DNA from: Dehalococcoidia bacterium | GTDB lineage: Bacteria > Chloroflexota > Dehalococcoidia > Dehalococcoidales > E44-bin46 | Length of the DNA: 58,519 nt | Assembly: GCA_004376105.1 (NCBI GenBank) | Contig: SOKA01000065.1 | Span: forward strand, 1-58,519 | Direction: 5' to 3' | Part shown: positions 28,635-39,041 of the stretch, piece after piece | How the letters are laid out: each line of letters starts with the position of its first letter | How positions within the stretch are numbered: the first letter of the stretch is position 1 | Program-made: the position numbers and the translations under genes | Notes under the pieces: model-generated | Database searches by the model: none | What the model was told of the DNA's origin: nothing | Seen by the model: the letters and a program-made list of their open reading frames with translations, nothing else

Positions 28635-29552
28635 CTATTGGGTGATGAACTTTTCAGCATAAAAAGCGGCGGTAGCCCCGTCTCCGGCAGCGGTTACTGC
28701 TTGCCGGGCAGAGTTGCGACGTATATCACCAGCAGCAAAAATACCGGGTATTTCGGTCTCCATCTTGTCGTTGGTGATGACATAGCCGCCGTCGTCTAAT
28801 GGTAAAACACCCTTGAGGTAGTCTGTACCAGGCTTAAGCCCGATAGATATAAAGACCCCGGCTATCTCAAGGCTAGATTTCTCTCCTGTTTTTACCTGGC
28901 GAAGCTTGATTCTTCTAACTGAATTTTCACCCTCAATTTCCTCAGCCACGGTATCCCACAGGAATTCTATTTTAGGCTCGGAGAAGGCTTTCTCTTGAAT
29001 AATACCACTGGCGCGGAGTTGGTTGCGGCGGTGTATCACTGTGACCCTGGAGGCAAACTTAGTGAGGTGGAGGGCTTCAGTAATTGCGGCATTGCCACCA
29101 CCGACTACGGCTACTGGCTTCTCTTTGAAGAAGGGGGCATCGCAGGTAGCGCAGTAGGATACCCCCTTACCAATAAATTCTTCTTCTCCAGGTATGCCCA
29201 ATTTGCGTCGTTCCGAGCCACTGGCTATAATCACCGCTTTAGCTATAAAGTTGCCTTCAGTGGTCTTTATCACTATTTGCTTTTCTTGAGGCTCGACGCC
29301 AGTAACCTCGGCAATAACAGTTTTTAGCCCGTATTTTGTTGCCTGGCGGTGCATTAACTGACCCAGTTCAAAGCCGCTAATGCCTTCAGGAAAACCGGGA
29401 TAGTTGTCTACTTGCTCAGCATCTACTATCTGACCGCCAACCACCCCCTTTTCTATAAGCAGGCTATTGAGCCTGGCTCTTGAAGTGTAAAGTCCAGCGG
29501 TAAGCCCAGCCGGACCACCGCCAATAATAACTACCTTATATTCTCTGTTCAC
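28635..29552 (-). CDS. trxB: Thioredoxin-disulfide reductase
   Basis: 305 aa with a GTG start, GGGPAG, the redox CATC motif, and a GGGNAA NADPH site. Confidence 0.92.
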   Translation of the reverse strand: MNREYKVVIIGGGPAGLTAGLYTSRARLNSLLIEKGVVGGQIVDAEQVDNYPGFPEGISGFELGQLMHRQATKYGLKTVIAEVTGVEPQEKQIVIKTTEGNFIAKAVIIASGSERRKLGIPGEEEFIGKGVSYCATCDAPFFKEKPVAVVGGGNAAITEALHLTKFASRVTVIHRRNQLRASGIIQEKAFSEPKIEFLWDTVAEEIEGENSVRRIKLRQVKTGEKSSLEIAGVFISIGLKPGTDYLKGVLPLDDGGYVITNDKMETEIPGIFAAGDIRRNSARQAVTAAGDGATAAFYAEKFITQ

Positions 29553-29613
29553 GGTTTAATCTCTACTGACAGCATCGACAGCAATTATCATCTATTTCCT
29601 CGATTGAAAATTC

Positions 29614-30579
29614 TTAGTTGCTTGGGCTTCTTTCCCACAGGTCGCAACGACCTCCCCACTGGGCAAGAACCTGACCATTAAGGGAAATTTGGGCTATCTC
29701 ACATAGGTTAGGACAGGCTTTGCACTCAAATGAGGAGATATGATACCTTACCTCGCTTACCTTAAATCCCTTGAACTTGCTTCCATTATTGCTACCTACC
29801 ATCTCTTCATGCGCCAGTGAGGCGGCACCTATTGCCCCCATGAGCTCATGGTGAGGGGGGACAATGACCTCGGTATTAAGCTCTTCTTGAAGTGCCTTTA
29901 CTATAGCCTGATTAAAGGCAACCCCGCCCTGAAATACTACGGGGGGTTTAATATCCTTGCCTAAGCCAACATTATTGAGGTAATTGCGCACTAATGCCCG
30001 GCACAGACCATAGAGAATATCCTCAGTGCGATGCCCCATTTGTTGTTTGTGTATCATGTCTGATTCAGCAAAAACTGTGCATCGCCCAGCAATGCGCACC
30101 GGTGTATTGCTATTCAGCGCCCGCTTGGCGAACTCCTCAATACTTATATTGAGACGCAGTGCCTGGTGGTCAAGGAAGCTACCGGTGCCGGCAGCACATA
30201 CGGTATTCATGCCGAAGTCAGTTACTATCCCATCCCTAATAATGATAATCTTGCTATCTTGCCCTCCAATTTCAATGATGGTTTGCACCTCAGGAATATA
30301 GTGCAAGGTAGCCACAGCATGGCTGGTAATCTCGTTCTTGACTAAATCAGCGCCGACGATAACCCCAGCTAAGTAGCGAGCACTCCCAGTGGTAGCCACA
30401 CCACAAATATTAACATCTTTAGGCAGTTGCTGTTTGATTTGTTTCAGCCCTTGCTGCACCATTTGGATAGGCTTGCCTTGTGTCAGCAGGTAGATGTGGG
30501 TAATAAGCTCATCATCTCTACCTACCACAGCCAACTTGGTGGTTACTGAGCCAACATCAATACCCAGATAGGCTTCCAT
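29614..30579 (-). CDS. BcrAD/BadFG-type ATPase (2-hydroxyacyl-CoA dehydratase activator-like) with a C-terminal Cys-rich extension
   Basis: 321 aa with GIDVGSVTTK, and cluster Cys contexts CAAGTGSF and GRCTVFAESD. The tail is CKACPNLC...GGRCD. Confidence 0.8.
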   Translation of the reverse strand: MEAYLGIDVGSVTTKLAVVGRDDELITHIYLLTQGKPIQMVQQGLKQIKQQLPKDVNICGVATTGSARYLAGVIVGADLVKNEITSHAVATLHYIPEVQTIIEIGGQDSKIIIIRDGIVTDFGMNTVCAAGTGSFLDHQALRLNISIEEFAKRALNSNTPVRIAGRCTVFAESDMIHKQQMGHRTEDILYGLCRALVRNYLNNVGLGKDIKPPVVFQGGVAFNQAIVKALQEELNTEVIVPPHHELMGAIGAASLAHEEMVGSNNGSKFKGFKVSEVRYHISSFECKACPNLCEIAQISLNGQVLAQWGGRCDLWERSPSN

Positions 30580-31682
30580 TAACTTTCCTTATGTTGAGTG
30601 TTATTGCGTGCTCGTCGCTTGCTTTTCAACAGGTCAACAAATGCCTCTAGCCTGGTTAACATACCTGTCTTGTTTATTTGCTCGTCACAAAGTACGGGTA
30701 GCACCGGGATATTTTCCTTAGTTGATGGCATGATATTTTGAGCTACTATTTCAGGCATGCAGGTGAATGGGGCTAGGTGAATTAAGCCGTCATACTCTTT
30801 GGCGTGGAGCACCTTTTCCCCCACTGATTCCCAGCCATCACCACCAATATCCCGCTTGAGGTAGGGTAGAGCTGCCTTATGAATCTTGCTTTTCTCGTCC
30901 AAACCCAGGGAATTAAAAAACAGACTGAATTTAGCCCACTCTGAGATGAAGGTTCTCCGTCTTACCTCTACCCCCAGCTTACCCAACTCGCTCTCTATAT
31001 TTAGATTGGAGAACGGCTCCAGCACCACGTAGAACTCCCCTATTATACCCACTATCAGTGGTTTAGTCTGTGTATCCTTAGCTACATGATTAAGCTGGTC
31101 AATGTAGTCTATTTGCACCTTCTTCAGGGTATTATAATCATCTGCGTTATCAATAGCCTCGATTGCTTTAGCATATAGCTGATTGGCTGTTCCCTTTATC
31201 AGCTCTACAGCACGCACTTTTTGCACCACTCGCTCTATTTTATCCATGGCAATTTGCTTAGCCACAGCAAAGCGAAGGGCTGATATAACCTTAAACCAGG
31301 AGGCATTATTTGACAAGCGCTTAATTAATTTGGGTAAGCCGAATAGCTTGTGTTCCGACATGCTCAAGCCAATCATTTCAAAATTATATCCTAGGTCACG
31401 AAGAATTTGCTCCTGTATCTTAGCATAGTAGCCTAGGCGACAGATGCCGGCGCCGCCAGCTATAACCAGGGTGTCTGCCCCCATCTCGCAGGCTTCAATC
31501 AGGTTACCTAGGCTCATTTTGAATGGGAGGCATAACCCTTCAGGGGAGTACTTGACACCTAGGGATAGGGTGCGCTGGTTATTGGCTGGTGGTATTATCA
31601 GGTTACCACCAAGCCCAAGCTTTTGAACCCAAGCTTTAATGGTTATATATAGATTACCCAGATGAGATGTGGCTATGCGCAT
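30579..31682 (-). CDS. 2-hydroxyglutaryl-CoA dehydratase D-component-like / activase-related protein
   Basis: 367 aa with the segments EGLCLPFKMSLGNLIEA and ICRLGYY, typical of the HgdB / DUF2229-associated family. It overlaps both neighbouring genes. Confidence 0.62.
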   Translation of the reverse strand: MRIATSHLGNLYITIKAWVQKLGLGGNLIIPPANNQRTLSLGVKYSPEGLCLPFKMSLGNLIEACEMGADTLVIAGGAGICRLGYYAKIQEQILRDLGYNFEMIGLSMSEHKLFGLPKLIKRLSNNASWFKVISALRFAVAKQIAMDKIERVVQKVRAVELIKGTANQLYAKAIEAIDNADDYNTLKKVQIDYIDQLNHVAKDTQTKPLIVGIIGEFYVVLEPFSNLNIESELGKLGVEVRRRTFISEWAKFSLFFNSLGLDEKSKIHKAALPYLKRDIGGDGWESVGEKVLHAKEYDGLIHLAPFTCMPEIVAQNIMPSTKENIPVLPVLCDEQINKTGMLTRLEAFVDLLKSKRRARNNTQHKES

Positions 31683-32662
31683 ACTTCTATCTGCCTTCTT
31701 TTCCTTCTGTTTATCATATCAAGGAAGGCTTCCCGCCTAGTAGCTATGCCGCCTTCAGTGGTGTGTTCTTCTAGGGTAAGGCTTATAAAGGGGGTAGCTT
31801 TTAGCTTGACTGCCCGTCGATGTACCATATCCATCATTAGCGAATCAGGTCCACAACCAAAGGTCATTAGGCCAATAACACCATCAGCTTCGCTTTCTAG
31901 GTAATGCCCTCCGGCACCTGCTACTTCATCCTCGTATGTCCAGTGGGCTTTGCCTACTAATCTAGCTGTGGCTGATTCAAGCTCCTCAGTGGTGAGCATC
32001 TCCGGTGTTAACACCTTATTATGAGTCTCCTCAAGTCGGTAGATGAGGCGGTGACTTATATGTTCATCATAGAGGATATAGGGGTGACCAATGAGGGCAA
32101 TGGTGGCTTGTGTTGAAGTTGGTGCTTTTGGCTCAACTTCGCCCGCCATCTTGGCTATTGCCTGGGGAGGAGTTAAGCCTTGACTGGACATTAGCTGTCG
32201 GTATTCCAGGTGGGCTTGCCAAGCAGCTAGGCTAGCTTGCCTGACCTTAAGTGGATTCCAGGTAAGACGCTGCCCCAGTTTATAAATAGCTTGATACAGG
32301 TGGCGCTTCCCTTTATTAATATCTATGTCTATATCTAGGATAGGGGGCGATTCGGGAATAACTGCTTTGGTCATATCAGGTAAGCCAAGAAACTTGGAAC
32401 AGTTATAAGCCTTCCTTTTCACACTGCGGATGGCAGGGATAAAAATATAGTCGCATTTTTCTACTAGGGAAAGAACATGACCCAAAAAAATCTTTACTGG
32501 CAAACAGGTATCAGCTACTACCCGGGATGAGCCTGAGGAGAACATAGTCTGAGTGGTTGGTAATGAAACTACCACTTCTGCCCCTAGTTCCTCAAAGAAG
32601 GCCTTCCACATAGGGTAGTATTGGTAGTAGAGTAAAGCTCTGGGGATACCCACCTTAATCAT
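31673..32662 (-). CDS. DUF2229-type (CoA enzyme activase-associated) protein
   Basis: 329 aa. The N-terminus IGIPRALLYYQYYPMWKAFFEELGAEVVVS...DTCLPVKIFLGHV matches the family signature from memory. Confidence 0.62.
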   Translation of the reverse strand: MIKVGIPRALLYYQYYPMWKAFFEELGAEVVVSLPTTQTMFSSGSSRVVADTCLPVKIFLGHVLSLVEKCDYIFIPAIRSVKRKAYNCSKFLGLPDMTKAVIPESPPILDIDIDINKGKRHLYQAIYKLGQRLTWNPLKVRQASLAAWQAHLEYRQLMSSQGLTPPQAIAKMAGEVEPKAPTSTQATIALIGHPYILYDEHISHRLIYRLEETHNKVLTPEMLTTEELESATARLVGKAHWTYEDEVAGAGGHYLESEADGVIGLMTFGCGPDSLMMDMVHRRAVKLKATPFISLTLEEHTTEGGIATRREAFLDMINRRKRRQIEVCA

Positions 32663-33831
32663 TTTTCTTGCCGAAATTCCTCTTTAATCTTAGTAACTAT
32701 TTCGGGATTGGCTACTAAGTCAACAACGGTCATAGCCAGAGCCTTGGCGGCATCAAAGAGGCTGCGGCTCCCTGCCTCTGAAGCAGCCGCCGAGGCAAAC
32801 TGGGGAGAATGAACTACTACCTCTTCTGGAGCTATGGCTACCATAGGGTGAATACTGGGTACTAGTTGACTAACATTACCCATATCGGTGCTACCGAAGG
32901 CGATACTGGGGTCAGCGAGCTTAACCTTGCGCCCCAGGGACTGCATATTTTGCCTGAATAGTTGGGCTAGGCTTAGATTGTTACGCAGGGGAGCATAGCT
33001 GACGTCTGCCCACCTATATTCCAGACGAGCTCCACTAGCTGTGGCAGCTCCAATAAAACAATTTATGACCTTTTGTTTTAGTTCGTCGAGATAGGTATTA
33101 TCCTCAGCCCGCACCAGAAAGACCCCGGCACTGTGGGCTGGGACGACATTAGCTGCTTCCCCACCGTCAGTAATAATCCCGTGGACTTGGGCTTTATCCT
33201 TGATGTGCTGTCGCAGTGAATTAATAGCGACGAAGGATTGAACCATTGCCTCTAGGGCATTGATGCCCGCCTCTGGTCTGGCTGCGGCGTGAGCTGCTTT
33301 GCCAAAGAATTCAACTTCTAGGGCCTGGCAGGCAAGGGCTCGGGTAGTAGCGGTGTCGTGCACCCCCGGGTGCACTATCATAGCTATGTCCAAATTATCA
33401 AAGCCTCCCCTTTCTGTCATTATTGCCTTGCCCCCATATAGCTCTTCGGCCGGGGTGCCGATAATGAGAATATTACCTCCAAACTGGTCAGTAGCTAGCT
33501 TGGAAGCTATTCCGGCGCCAACAGCACAGGCAGCGATTAGATTATGACCACAGGCATGACCAAGCTTAGGTAGGGCATCATATTCAGCCAGAATAGCGAT
33601 AGCTGGTTTTCCTTGTCCGTAACTTCCTCTAAAAGCGGTTGGTAGCTCACAGATACCTTGTTCTATAGAAAAGCCATTTTCCTCCAGGTATTGAGTTAGC
33701 CAGGCTACTGCCTTGATTTCCTGGAAACCTAGCTCAGGGTTGGAGTGAATTCTTAGACTCAGCTCATTAAGCTGATGGCGGTGAGTGTCTACTTCGCCTA
33801 TAACCGAAGCCTTTAGTTTTTCTATGTCCAC
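32659..33831 (-). CDS. M20 family amidohydrolase / metallopeptidase
   Basis: 390 aa with GHACGHNLI, plus PAEE and H/E metal-ligand positions. Its stop overlaps the next gene's start (ATGA). Confidence 0.8.
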   Translation of the reverse strand: MDIEKLKASVIGEVDTHRHQLNELSLRIHSNPELGFQEIKAVAWLTQYLEENGFSIEQGICELPTAFRGSYGQGKPAIAILAEYDALPKLGHACGHNLIAACAVGAGIASKLATDQFGGNILIIGTPAEELYGGKAIMTERGGFDNLDIAMIVHPGVHDTATTRALACQALEVEFFGKAAHAAARPEAGINALEAMVQSFVAINSLRQHIKDKAQVHGIITDGGEAANVVPAHSAGVFLVRAEDNTYLDELKQKVINCFIGAATASGARLEYRWADVSYAPLRNNLSLAQLFRQNMQSLGRKVKLADPSIAFGSTDMGNVSQLVPSIHPMVAIAPEEVVVHSPQFASAAASEAGSRSLFDAAKALAMTVVDLVANPEIVTKIKEEFRQEK

Positions 33832-33940
33832 ACTCTTTCCTGTTCTGAGAGCAGCATTCCAGCTATTACAGCTAGTGCTTATTATAGCTTAATGGGGCTA
33901 GGATTTCTAGACTTTGCCCCTTCAATCTACCTTCCATTAT

Positions 33941-33970
33941 TTGACAAATGTTACCAATTCGTGCTATGCT
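33941..33970 (+). promoter_or_regulatory. Candidate nusA operon promoter
   Basis: TTGACA (33941-33946), 18-nt spacer, TATGCT (33965-33970). Confidence 0.4.
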
Positions 33971-33998
33971 TAAAACTGAAATACGAAGATTGAGTAGT

Positions 33999-34027
33999 GA
34001 AGTGGGTTCATCCCCACTTTTTTGTTG
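33999..34027 (+). terminator. Terminator-like leader hairpin upstream of nusA (possible attenuator)
   Basis: AGTGGG-TTCATC-CCCACT followed by TTTTTTGTTG, between the candidate promoter and the nusA SD. Confidence 0.35.
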
Positions 34028-34063
34028 TATGGAGAATAATAAAATTGGAGGTCCTAATCTGAG

Positions 34064-35494
34064 ATGAAGAGCGACTTTCTGCTCGCTATCACCCAACTCT
34101 CGGCTGAGAAGAACCTGCCCAGGGAGGTAGTTATTGGAGCGGTAGAGGCGGCGCTGGTATCAGCTTATAGGAAGGATAATTTTGCTGCTAACCAGAATAT
34201 CTCGGTCAAGATTGATCCTACTACCGGCAAGGTTCAAGTGTGGGCTGAGAAAACTGTAGTCGAGCTACCGTCAGATCGTCGCCGCGAGATATCACTAGAC
34301 GAGGCATCTCGGGTTAAGCCGGATGCGCAGATTGGTGATACTATCGAGGTGGAAGCTACCCCCCGTAATGCTGGGCGCATTGCTGCTCAAACGGCAAAGC
34401 AGGTTATTCTCCAGCGTCTTCATGAAGCAGAGCATAGCGCCATATTTGAGGAATATATTGATAAGGAAGGCGATATTGTTACTGGGTTGGTGCGGCGTAT
34501 TGAGCCCAAGCAGATATTTATTGATTTGGGTAGAACAGAGGCAATACTGCCTGCAGTTGAGCAGGTGCCCAATGAGGGGTATCGAGTAGGTCAAAGGCTT
34601 AAGGTTTACCTTTTAGAGGTAGCCCGGACTAACAAAGGGCCTCGGGTGGTGGTGTCACGTTCTCATCCAAACATGTTGCGTCGGCTTTTCGAACTGGAGG
34701 TTCCTGAAGTTTTTAACGGAACAGTGGAGTTAAAGTCAGTTGCTCGTGAAGCTGGCTATCGGAGTAAAGTAGCTGTAGCCGCACACCAGGATGGCGTTGA
34801 CCCAGTTGGTTGCTGCGTTGGATTGCGTGGTATCAGGATACAAAATATTGTGAGTGAGCTAAGTGGTGAAAAGATAGACGTTATTATGTGGAATCCAGAT
34901 GTCTCTGGTTTTATTACTAAGGCTCTTAGTCCAGCTCAGGTATTAAGTGTTGAGCTGGATGATAAGGAGGCAGCAGCTACTGTAGTTGTCCCAGATAAGC
35001 AGCTTTCATTAGCCATTGGTAAAGAGGGGCAGAACGTTAGACTGGCAGCTAAACTCACCGGGTGGCGAATTGATATTAAGAGTGCTTCGGAGGCTGAGGC
35101 AGAAAGGGTGGCGGAAGCTAAGCCTTTAACCACCGAGATGGAAGAAGCGGCTATAGCTGGTGAGGAGCTTCCTGCCGAAGTACCAACTGTTGTGGAGTCA
35201 GCTTTAGTGTCTGAAGAGGCAGCAGAGGAAGCGGCTGAGCCGGTACCAGCTCTTGATACTACATTTACTCCTCCACCGGTTTCCTTTGAACCGCAGGTAA
35301 CAACAGAAAAAGCTCAGATTAGGTTTGCCGAGGATATTGCGGTACCTCCACCGATTAAGCCTGGGGCTAAATCGAGGAAGAGGAAAAAGAAGAGCGTTCA
35401 AGCCAAGGGAAGTGCTGAGGATGGCATCAGGATTAAGAAACTACGCCGAGTGTCAGAGACCTTAGAAACTGATGAGGAGGGTGAAGAGTATTAG
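34064..35494 (+). CDS. nusA: Transcription termination/antitermination factor NusA with an acidic/basic C-terminal extension
   Basis: 476 aa with an N-terminal domain, S1 and two KH domains, and an extended charged tail. Confidence 0.95.
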   Translation: MKSDFLLAITQLSAEKNLPREVVIGAVEAALVSAYRKDNFAANQNISVKIDPTTGKVQVWAEKTVVELPSDRRREISLDEASRVKPDAQIGDTIEVEATPRNAGRIAAQTAKQVILQRLHEAEHSAIFEEYIDKEGDIVTGLVRRIEPKQIFIDLGRTEAILPAVEQVPNEGYRVGQRLKVYLLEVARTNKGPRVVVSRSHPNMLRRLFELEVPEVFNGTVELKSVAREAGYRSKVAVAAHQDGVDPVGCCVGLRGIRIQNIVSELSGEKIDVIMWNPDVSGFITKALSPAQVLSVELDDKEAAATVVVPDKQLSLAIGKEGQNVRLAAKLTGWRIDIKSASEAEAERVAEAKPLTTEMEEAAIAGEELPAEVPTVVESALVSEEAAEEAAEPVPALDTTFTPPPVSFEPQVTTEKAQIRFAEDIAVPPPIKPGAKSRKRKKKSVQAKGSAEDGIRIKKLRRVSETLETDEEGEEY

Positions 35495-35783
35495 CAGGCA
35501 TATATCCCAGCGGACTTGTGTGGCTTGTCGTCAGGTGAGACCTAAACGGGAGCTAAGGCGCTTGGTGCGTATTTCCGATGGAAGTGTAGAGGTTGATGCC
35601 GGTGGAAAAAGGGCAGGGCGTGGTGCTTATTTATGTCAGGCACCAGGGTGTTGGGAGGTTGGACTGAAGGGTAGTCGGCTAGAGTATGCTCTACGGACTA
35701 CTCTTACCCCGGATAATCGAGAACAGCTTATTAGATATGGTAAAGACATTCTAAAGGAGTCAATCAGTGGCAGGGGTAAGTAA
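35472..35783 (+). CDS. ylxR: YlxR (DUF448) RNA-binding protein
   Basis: It has [20 protein letters not shown] and GRGAYLC, in the canonical nusA-ylxR-infB position. Confidence 0.85.
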   Translation: MRRVKSISRHISQRTCVACRQVRPKRELRRLVRISDGSVEVDAGGKRAGRGAYLCQAPGCWEVGLKGSRLEYALRTTLTPDNREQLIRYGKDILKESISGRGK

Positions 35784-37599
35784 ACCGGGTAATATTTTGG
35801 ACCCTTCAGGCGAGGGGCCCAGTGGCAATTCTTCATCACCGGAGGTACATTTGATTGAGATTGCTCCTACCTTAAGTGTGAGGCAACTAGCTGACCTTTT
35901 GCAGGTTAGTGCCATAGACGTTATCAAACAACTGATGAGAAATGGCATTATGGCTAATATTAATCAGGTGGTTAACTATGAGGCGGCAGCTGCCGTAGCC
36001 GCAGAATTTGGTTACCAAGCACGCCTGAAGCCTCGAGCCACCCGAAGGTCAACCAGTGCTATTAGTGAGGTTAAGAGGCGTCAGTATCTCCTGGATGAGG
36101 AACTTAGTGGTTTACGACCACGACCTCCTGTAGTTACTATTATGGGGCATGTTAATCACGGTAAGACTAGACTTTTGGATGCTATTCGACAAACCAATGT
36201 AATGGCTACTGAAGCTGGGAGCATTACTCAGCATATTGGTGCCTATCAAGTAGAGGTCAATGGGCAAAAGATTACCTTCTTAGATACCCCGGGTCATGAA
36301 GCCTTTACTGCTATGCGAGCTCGTGGAGCCCAAGTAACCGACATCGTTATTCTAGTAGTGGCCGCTGATGATGGAGTAATGCCGCAGACTTTGGAGGCCA
36401 TAGACCATGCCCGGGCAGCCGGGGTGCCTATAGTAGTGGCTATTAATAAAATTGATAAGCCCAATGTTAACCTTGAGCTTGTTAAGCAGCAGCTGGCTGA
36501 CGCCGGTTTGCTTATTGAAGAGCGGGGAGGCGATATAGTCTCTGTTTCAGTTTCAGCTAAAGAGAAGATAGCCATCCCTGAGCTACTGGAAAACCTTTTG
36601 CTCGTGGCCGAGATGGAGAACCTTAGGGCAAACCCTCTTCAGCCGGCGGTCGGGGTAGTTATTGAAGCTAAGCTGGACAAGACTAAGGGACCATTAGCTA
36701 CAGTGTTAGTTCAAACAGGAACCTTAAGGCTTGGTGACACCATAGTAGTCGGCACCACCTGGGGTAGGGTAAAGGCTATGTTTAGTGATATGGGTAAACG
36801 GGTGAGGAAGGCTGAGCCAGCTATCCCTGTTGAAATCCTGGGCTTAACTAGTGTGCCCCAGGTGGGGGATGGGCTGAGGGCTGTGGCTGGCGAACGCCAG
36901 GCCCAGGCTTTAATCCAAAAGCGCCTAGAGGAGATGGGGCAAGAGTCAAAATCAGTGAACCTCAGTAATCTCTATGACCAAATAAGTGCCGGCCGAGTAA
37001 AAGAGCTTAATGTTATTCTCAAGGCTGATGTTCAAGGCAGTATTGAACCGATAAGAAGTTCTTTAGAGCAGTTGGAAACAGAGGAAGTCCGGGTTAGAGT
37101 TATCCATAGTGGCGCTGGTAATATTACTGAGAGTGATGTTATGTTAGCTATCGCTTCTAAGGGAATCATTATTGGTTTTGGCGCTGGCTGTGAGCCGGGA
37201 GCGCGGCGATTGGCTGAGGTAGAAGGAGTAAGCATCCGTTCCTATGATGTAATTTACAATTTGGTAGATGATGTGGGTAAGGCACTCAAAGGCATGTTAG
37301 AGCCTTCCTATGTTGAGGTGGTTGAGGGGCGGGCTGAGGTACGAGCTATCTTCTCCACCAGTAAGAAGGGAAAGGTAGCTGGTGTTTATGTTACTGAAGG
37401 CAAGGTGAGTCGGGGTGTCTCAGCTAGGCTGTGGCGTCAGGAGCAAGTGGTGCATGAATCTACTGTTAGCAGTCTCAGGCGCTTTAAGGATGATGTTAAG
37501 GAGGTGGCTGCTGGCTATGAGTGCGGGGTAGGCATTACAGATTTTAGTGAGTTTCAGGTTGGTGACATATTAGAGTTCTTCAGGAAGGAAGTTAAGTAA
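35767..37599 (+). CDS. infB: Translation initiation factor IF-2
   Basis: 610 aa with a GTG start and the G motifs [13 protein letters not shown] and NKID. Confidence 0.95.
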   Translation: MAGVSKPGNILDPSGEGPSGNSSSPEVHLIEIAPTLSVRQLADLLQVSAIDVIKQLMRNGIMANINQVVNYEAAAAVAAEFGYQARLKPRATRRSTSAISEVKRRQYLLDEELSGLRPRPPVVTIMGHVNHGKTRLLDAIRQTNVMATEAGSITQHIGAYQVEVNGQKITFLDTPGHEAFTAMRARGAQVTDIVILVVAADDGVMPQTLEAIDHARAAGVPIVVAINKIDKPNVNLELVKQQLADAGLLIEERGGDIVSVSVSAKEKIAIPELLENLLLVAEMENLRANPLQPAVGVVIEAKLDKTKGPLATVLVQTGTLRLGDTIVVGTTWGRVKAMFSDMGKRVRKAEPAIPVEILGLTSVPQVGDGLRAVAGERQAQALIQKRLEEMGQESKSVNLSNLYDQISAGRVKELNVILKADVQGSIEPIRSSLEQLETEEVRVRVIHSGAGNITESDVMLAIASKGIIIGFGAGCEPGARRLAEVEGVSIRSYDVIYNLVDDVGKALKGMLEPSYVEVVEGRAEVRAIFSTSKKGKVAGVYVTEGKVSRGVSARLWRQEQVVHESTVSSLRRFKDDVKEVAAGYECGVGITDFSEFQVGDILEFFRKEVK

Positions 37600-37627
37600 T
37601 AAGTAGTCCCTAATTGAGGAAATAATT

Positions 37628-37996
37628 ATGACACATCGTATCGAGCAGGTGAATAAGCTCATTCGCCGGGAAATTAGTGAATTACTTCAGCACCAAGTCA
37701 AAGACCCTCGACTCGGCAGTTTTGTTGCCGTGACTGAAGTTTCCACCTCTCCCGACCTGAGGTATGCTAAGATATTCGTCAGTCGCATAGCTAATGAGGA
37801 AGAAAAGCAAGAGACATTAAGCGTATTAGCTGCTGCTGCTGGTTTCTTCCGTAATGAGCTAGCTAGGCGTCTGAGGTTACGGCGTATTCCTAAGCTAAGC
37901 TTTCAGTGGGATGATTCTATTAGGCGGGGAGACCACCTCTTGCAGCTAATCGACCAGGTTACTACACAAAGCACTTCTGACCAGCATAAAGGTTGA
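37628..37996 (+). CDS. rbfA: Ribosome-binding factor A
   Basis: 122 aa with the RbfA KH-like pattern RIEQVNKLIRREISELL...YAKIFVS. Confidence 0.92.
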   Translation: MTHRIEQVNKLIRREISELLQHQVKDPRLGSFVAVTEVSTSPDLRYAKIFVSRIANEEEKQETLSVLAAAAGFFRNELARRLRLRRIPKLSFQWDDSIRRGDHLLQLIDQVTTQSTSDQHKG

Positions 37997-38928
37997 TTGT
38001 GGATGGCATACTAAATATTAATAAGCCTCGGGGTGAGACCTCTTTTAGCGTTGTGGCTATGGTGAAACGGCTGACTGGGGAGCAACGGGTTGGGCACGCT
38101 GGTACTCTTGACCCAGAGGCTACAGGTGTTTTACCTGTTTGCCTCGGTGAGGGGACACGTGTTATCGAGTTTCTGTTAGAGGCTACCAAGGCTTATCGGG
38201 CTCAGATTGAATTGGGCGTGGCTACAGATACCTATGATGCCAGTGGCAAGATTACTCAGAAAGGGGACTACTCTGGGATTAGCCAGGAACAATTGAAGTC
38301 GGCACTTACCTCCTTTTGCGGTTTAATTCAGCAGACTCCTCCGATGTATAGTGCCGTGAAGTATCAGGGTAAGCGACTTTATGAATTGGCACGAGCTGGC
38401 ATCAAGGTCGAGAGGAAAAGCAGACTGACTAGAATCTATCATTTAGAGCTTATAGACTGGCAGCCGCCTGTAGTCACTATAGAAGTGGTGTGTGGTAAGG
38501 GTACCTATATCCGTTCACTGGCTCATGATTTGGGGCAAGCCCTGGATTGCGGGGCTAATTTAAAGAGCCTAATCCGTTTGAGGTATGGTCTTTTCGATAT
38601 AGAGGATGCAGTTTCACTACCCCAATTTGAGGCTGCCTTTCGCTGTGGCTACTGGCAGCACTTTGTTTATCCCATAGATATTGTGCTTTTACATTGGGCA
38701 GCTATGGTTGTCAGTGATGATACCCGACGGCTTATAAGGAATGGGCGCCCCTTAGTTTTAGGGAACGATGCCGGTAGTGAGGAAACTGATTACCTCAAAC
38801 AACATCCCATAGCTCGGTCTTCTTTTGAAAGCCATTGCCGTGTTTATACCCTTGACGGTTGCTTCTTGGGAGTGCTATGCTTCAATCCTGAAAGGGGGCA
38901 GTGGCAACCTGAAAAAGTCTTTTTGTAG
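37993..38928 (+). CDS. truB: tRNA pseudouridine(55) synthase
   Basis: 311 aa with a TTG start overlapping the rbfA stop and the catalytic GHAGTLDP motif. Confidence 0.92.
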   Translation: MIVDGILNINKPRGETSFSVVAMVKRLTGEQRVGHAGTLDPEATGVLPVCLGEGTRVIEFLLEATKAYRAQIELGVATDTYDASGKITQKGDYSGISQEQLKSALTSFCGLIQQTPPMYSAVKYQGKRLYELARAGIKVERKSRLTRIYHLELIDWQPPVVTIEVVCGKGTYIRSLAHDLGQALDCGANLKSLIRLRYGLFDIEDAVSLPQFEAAFRCGYWQHFVYPIDIVLLHWAAMVVSDDTRRLIRNGRPLVLGNDAGSEETDYLKQHPIARSSFESHCRVYTLDGCFLGVLCFNPERGQWQPEKVFL

Positions 38929-38979
38929 CTGGTCTATAGCTAGGTCTGGTTTTGGTAAATAAAATATTTTTAAAAAGCC

Positions 38980-39009
38980 TTGACAGCTTGCGTATAATAG
39001 AAATATAGT
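38980..39009 (+). promoter_or_regulatory. Candidate promoter for the small zinc-ribbon gene
   Basis: TTGACA (38980-38985), 18-nt spacer, TATAGT (39004-39009). An alternative TATAAT at 38993-38998 lies only 7 nt from the -35. Confidence 0.4.
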
Positions 39010-39041
39010 TCAACCAATGCTGAAAAAGGAGGTAATAAGAA

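Noticed and set aside
34029-34067. A 12-codon upstream ORF ([12 protein letters not shown]) ending in ATGA overlap with nusA, read as a leader peptide.
   Set aside because: It has no SD or leaderless-type promoter in front, and its sequence simply contains the nusA SD. It is most likely fortuitous and is mentioned only within the nusA-leader finding.
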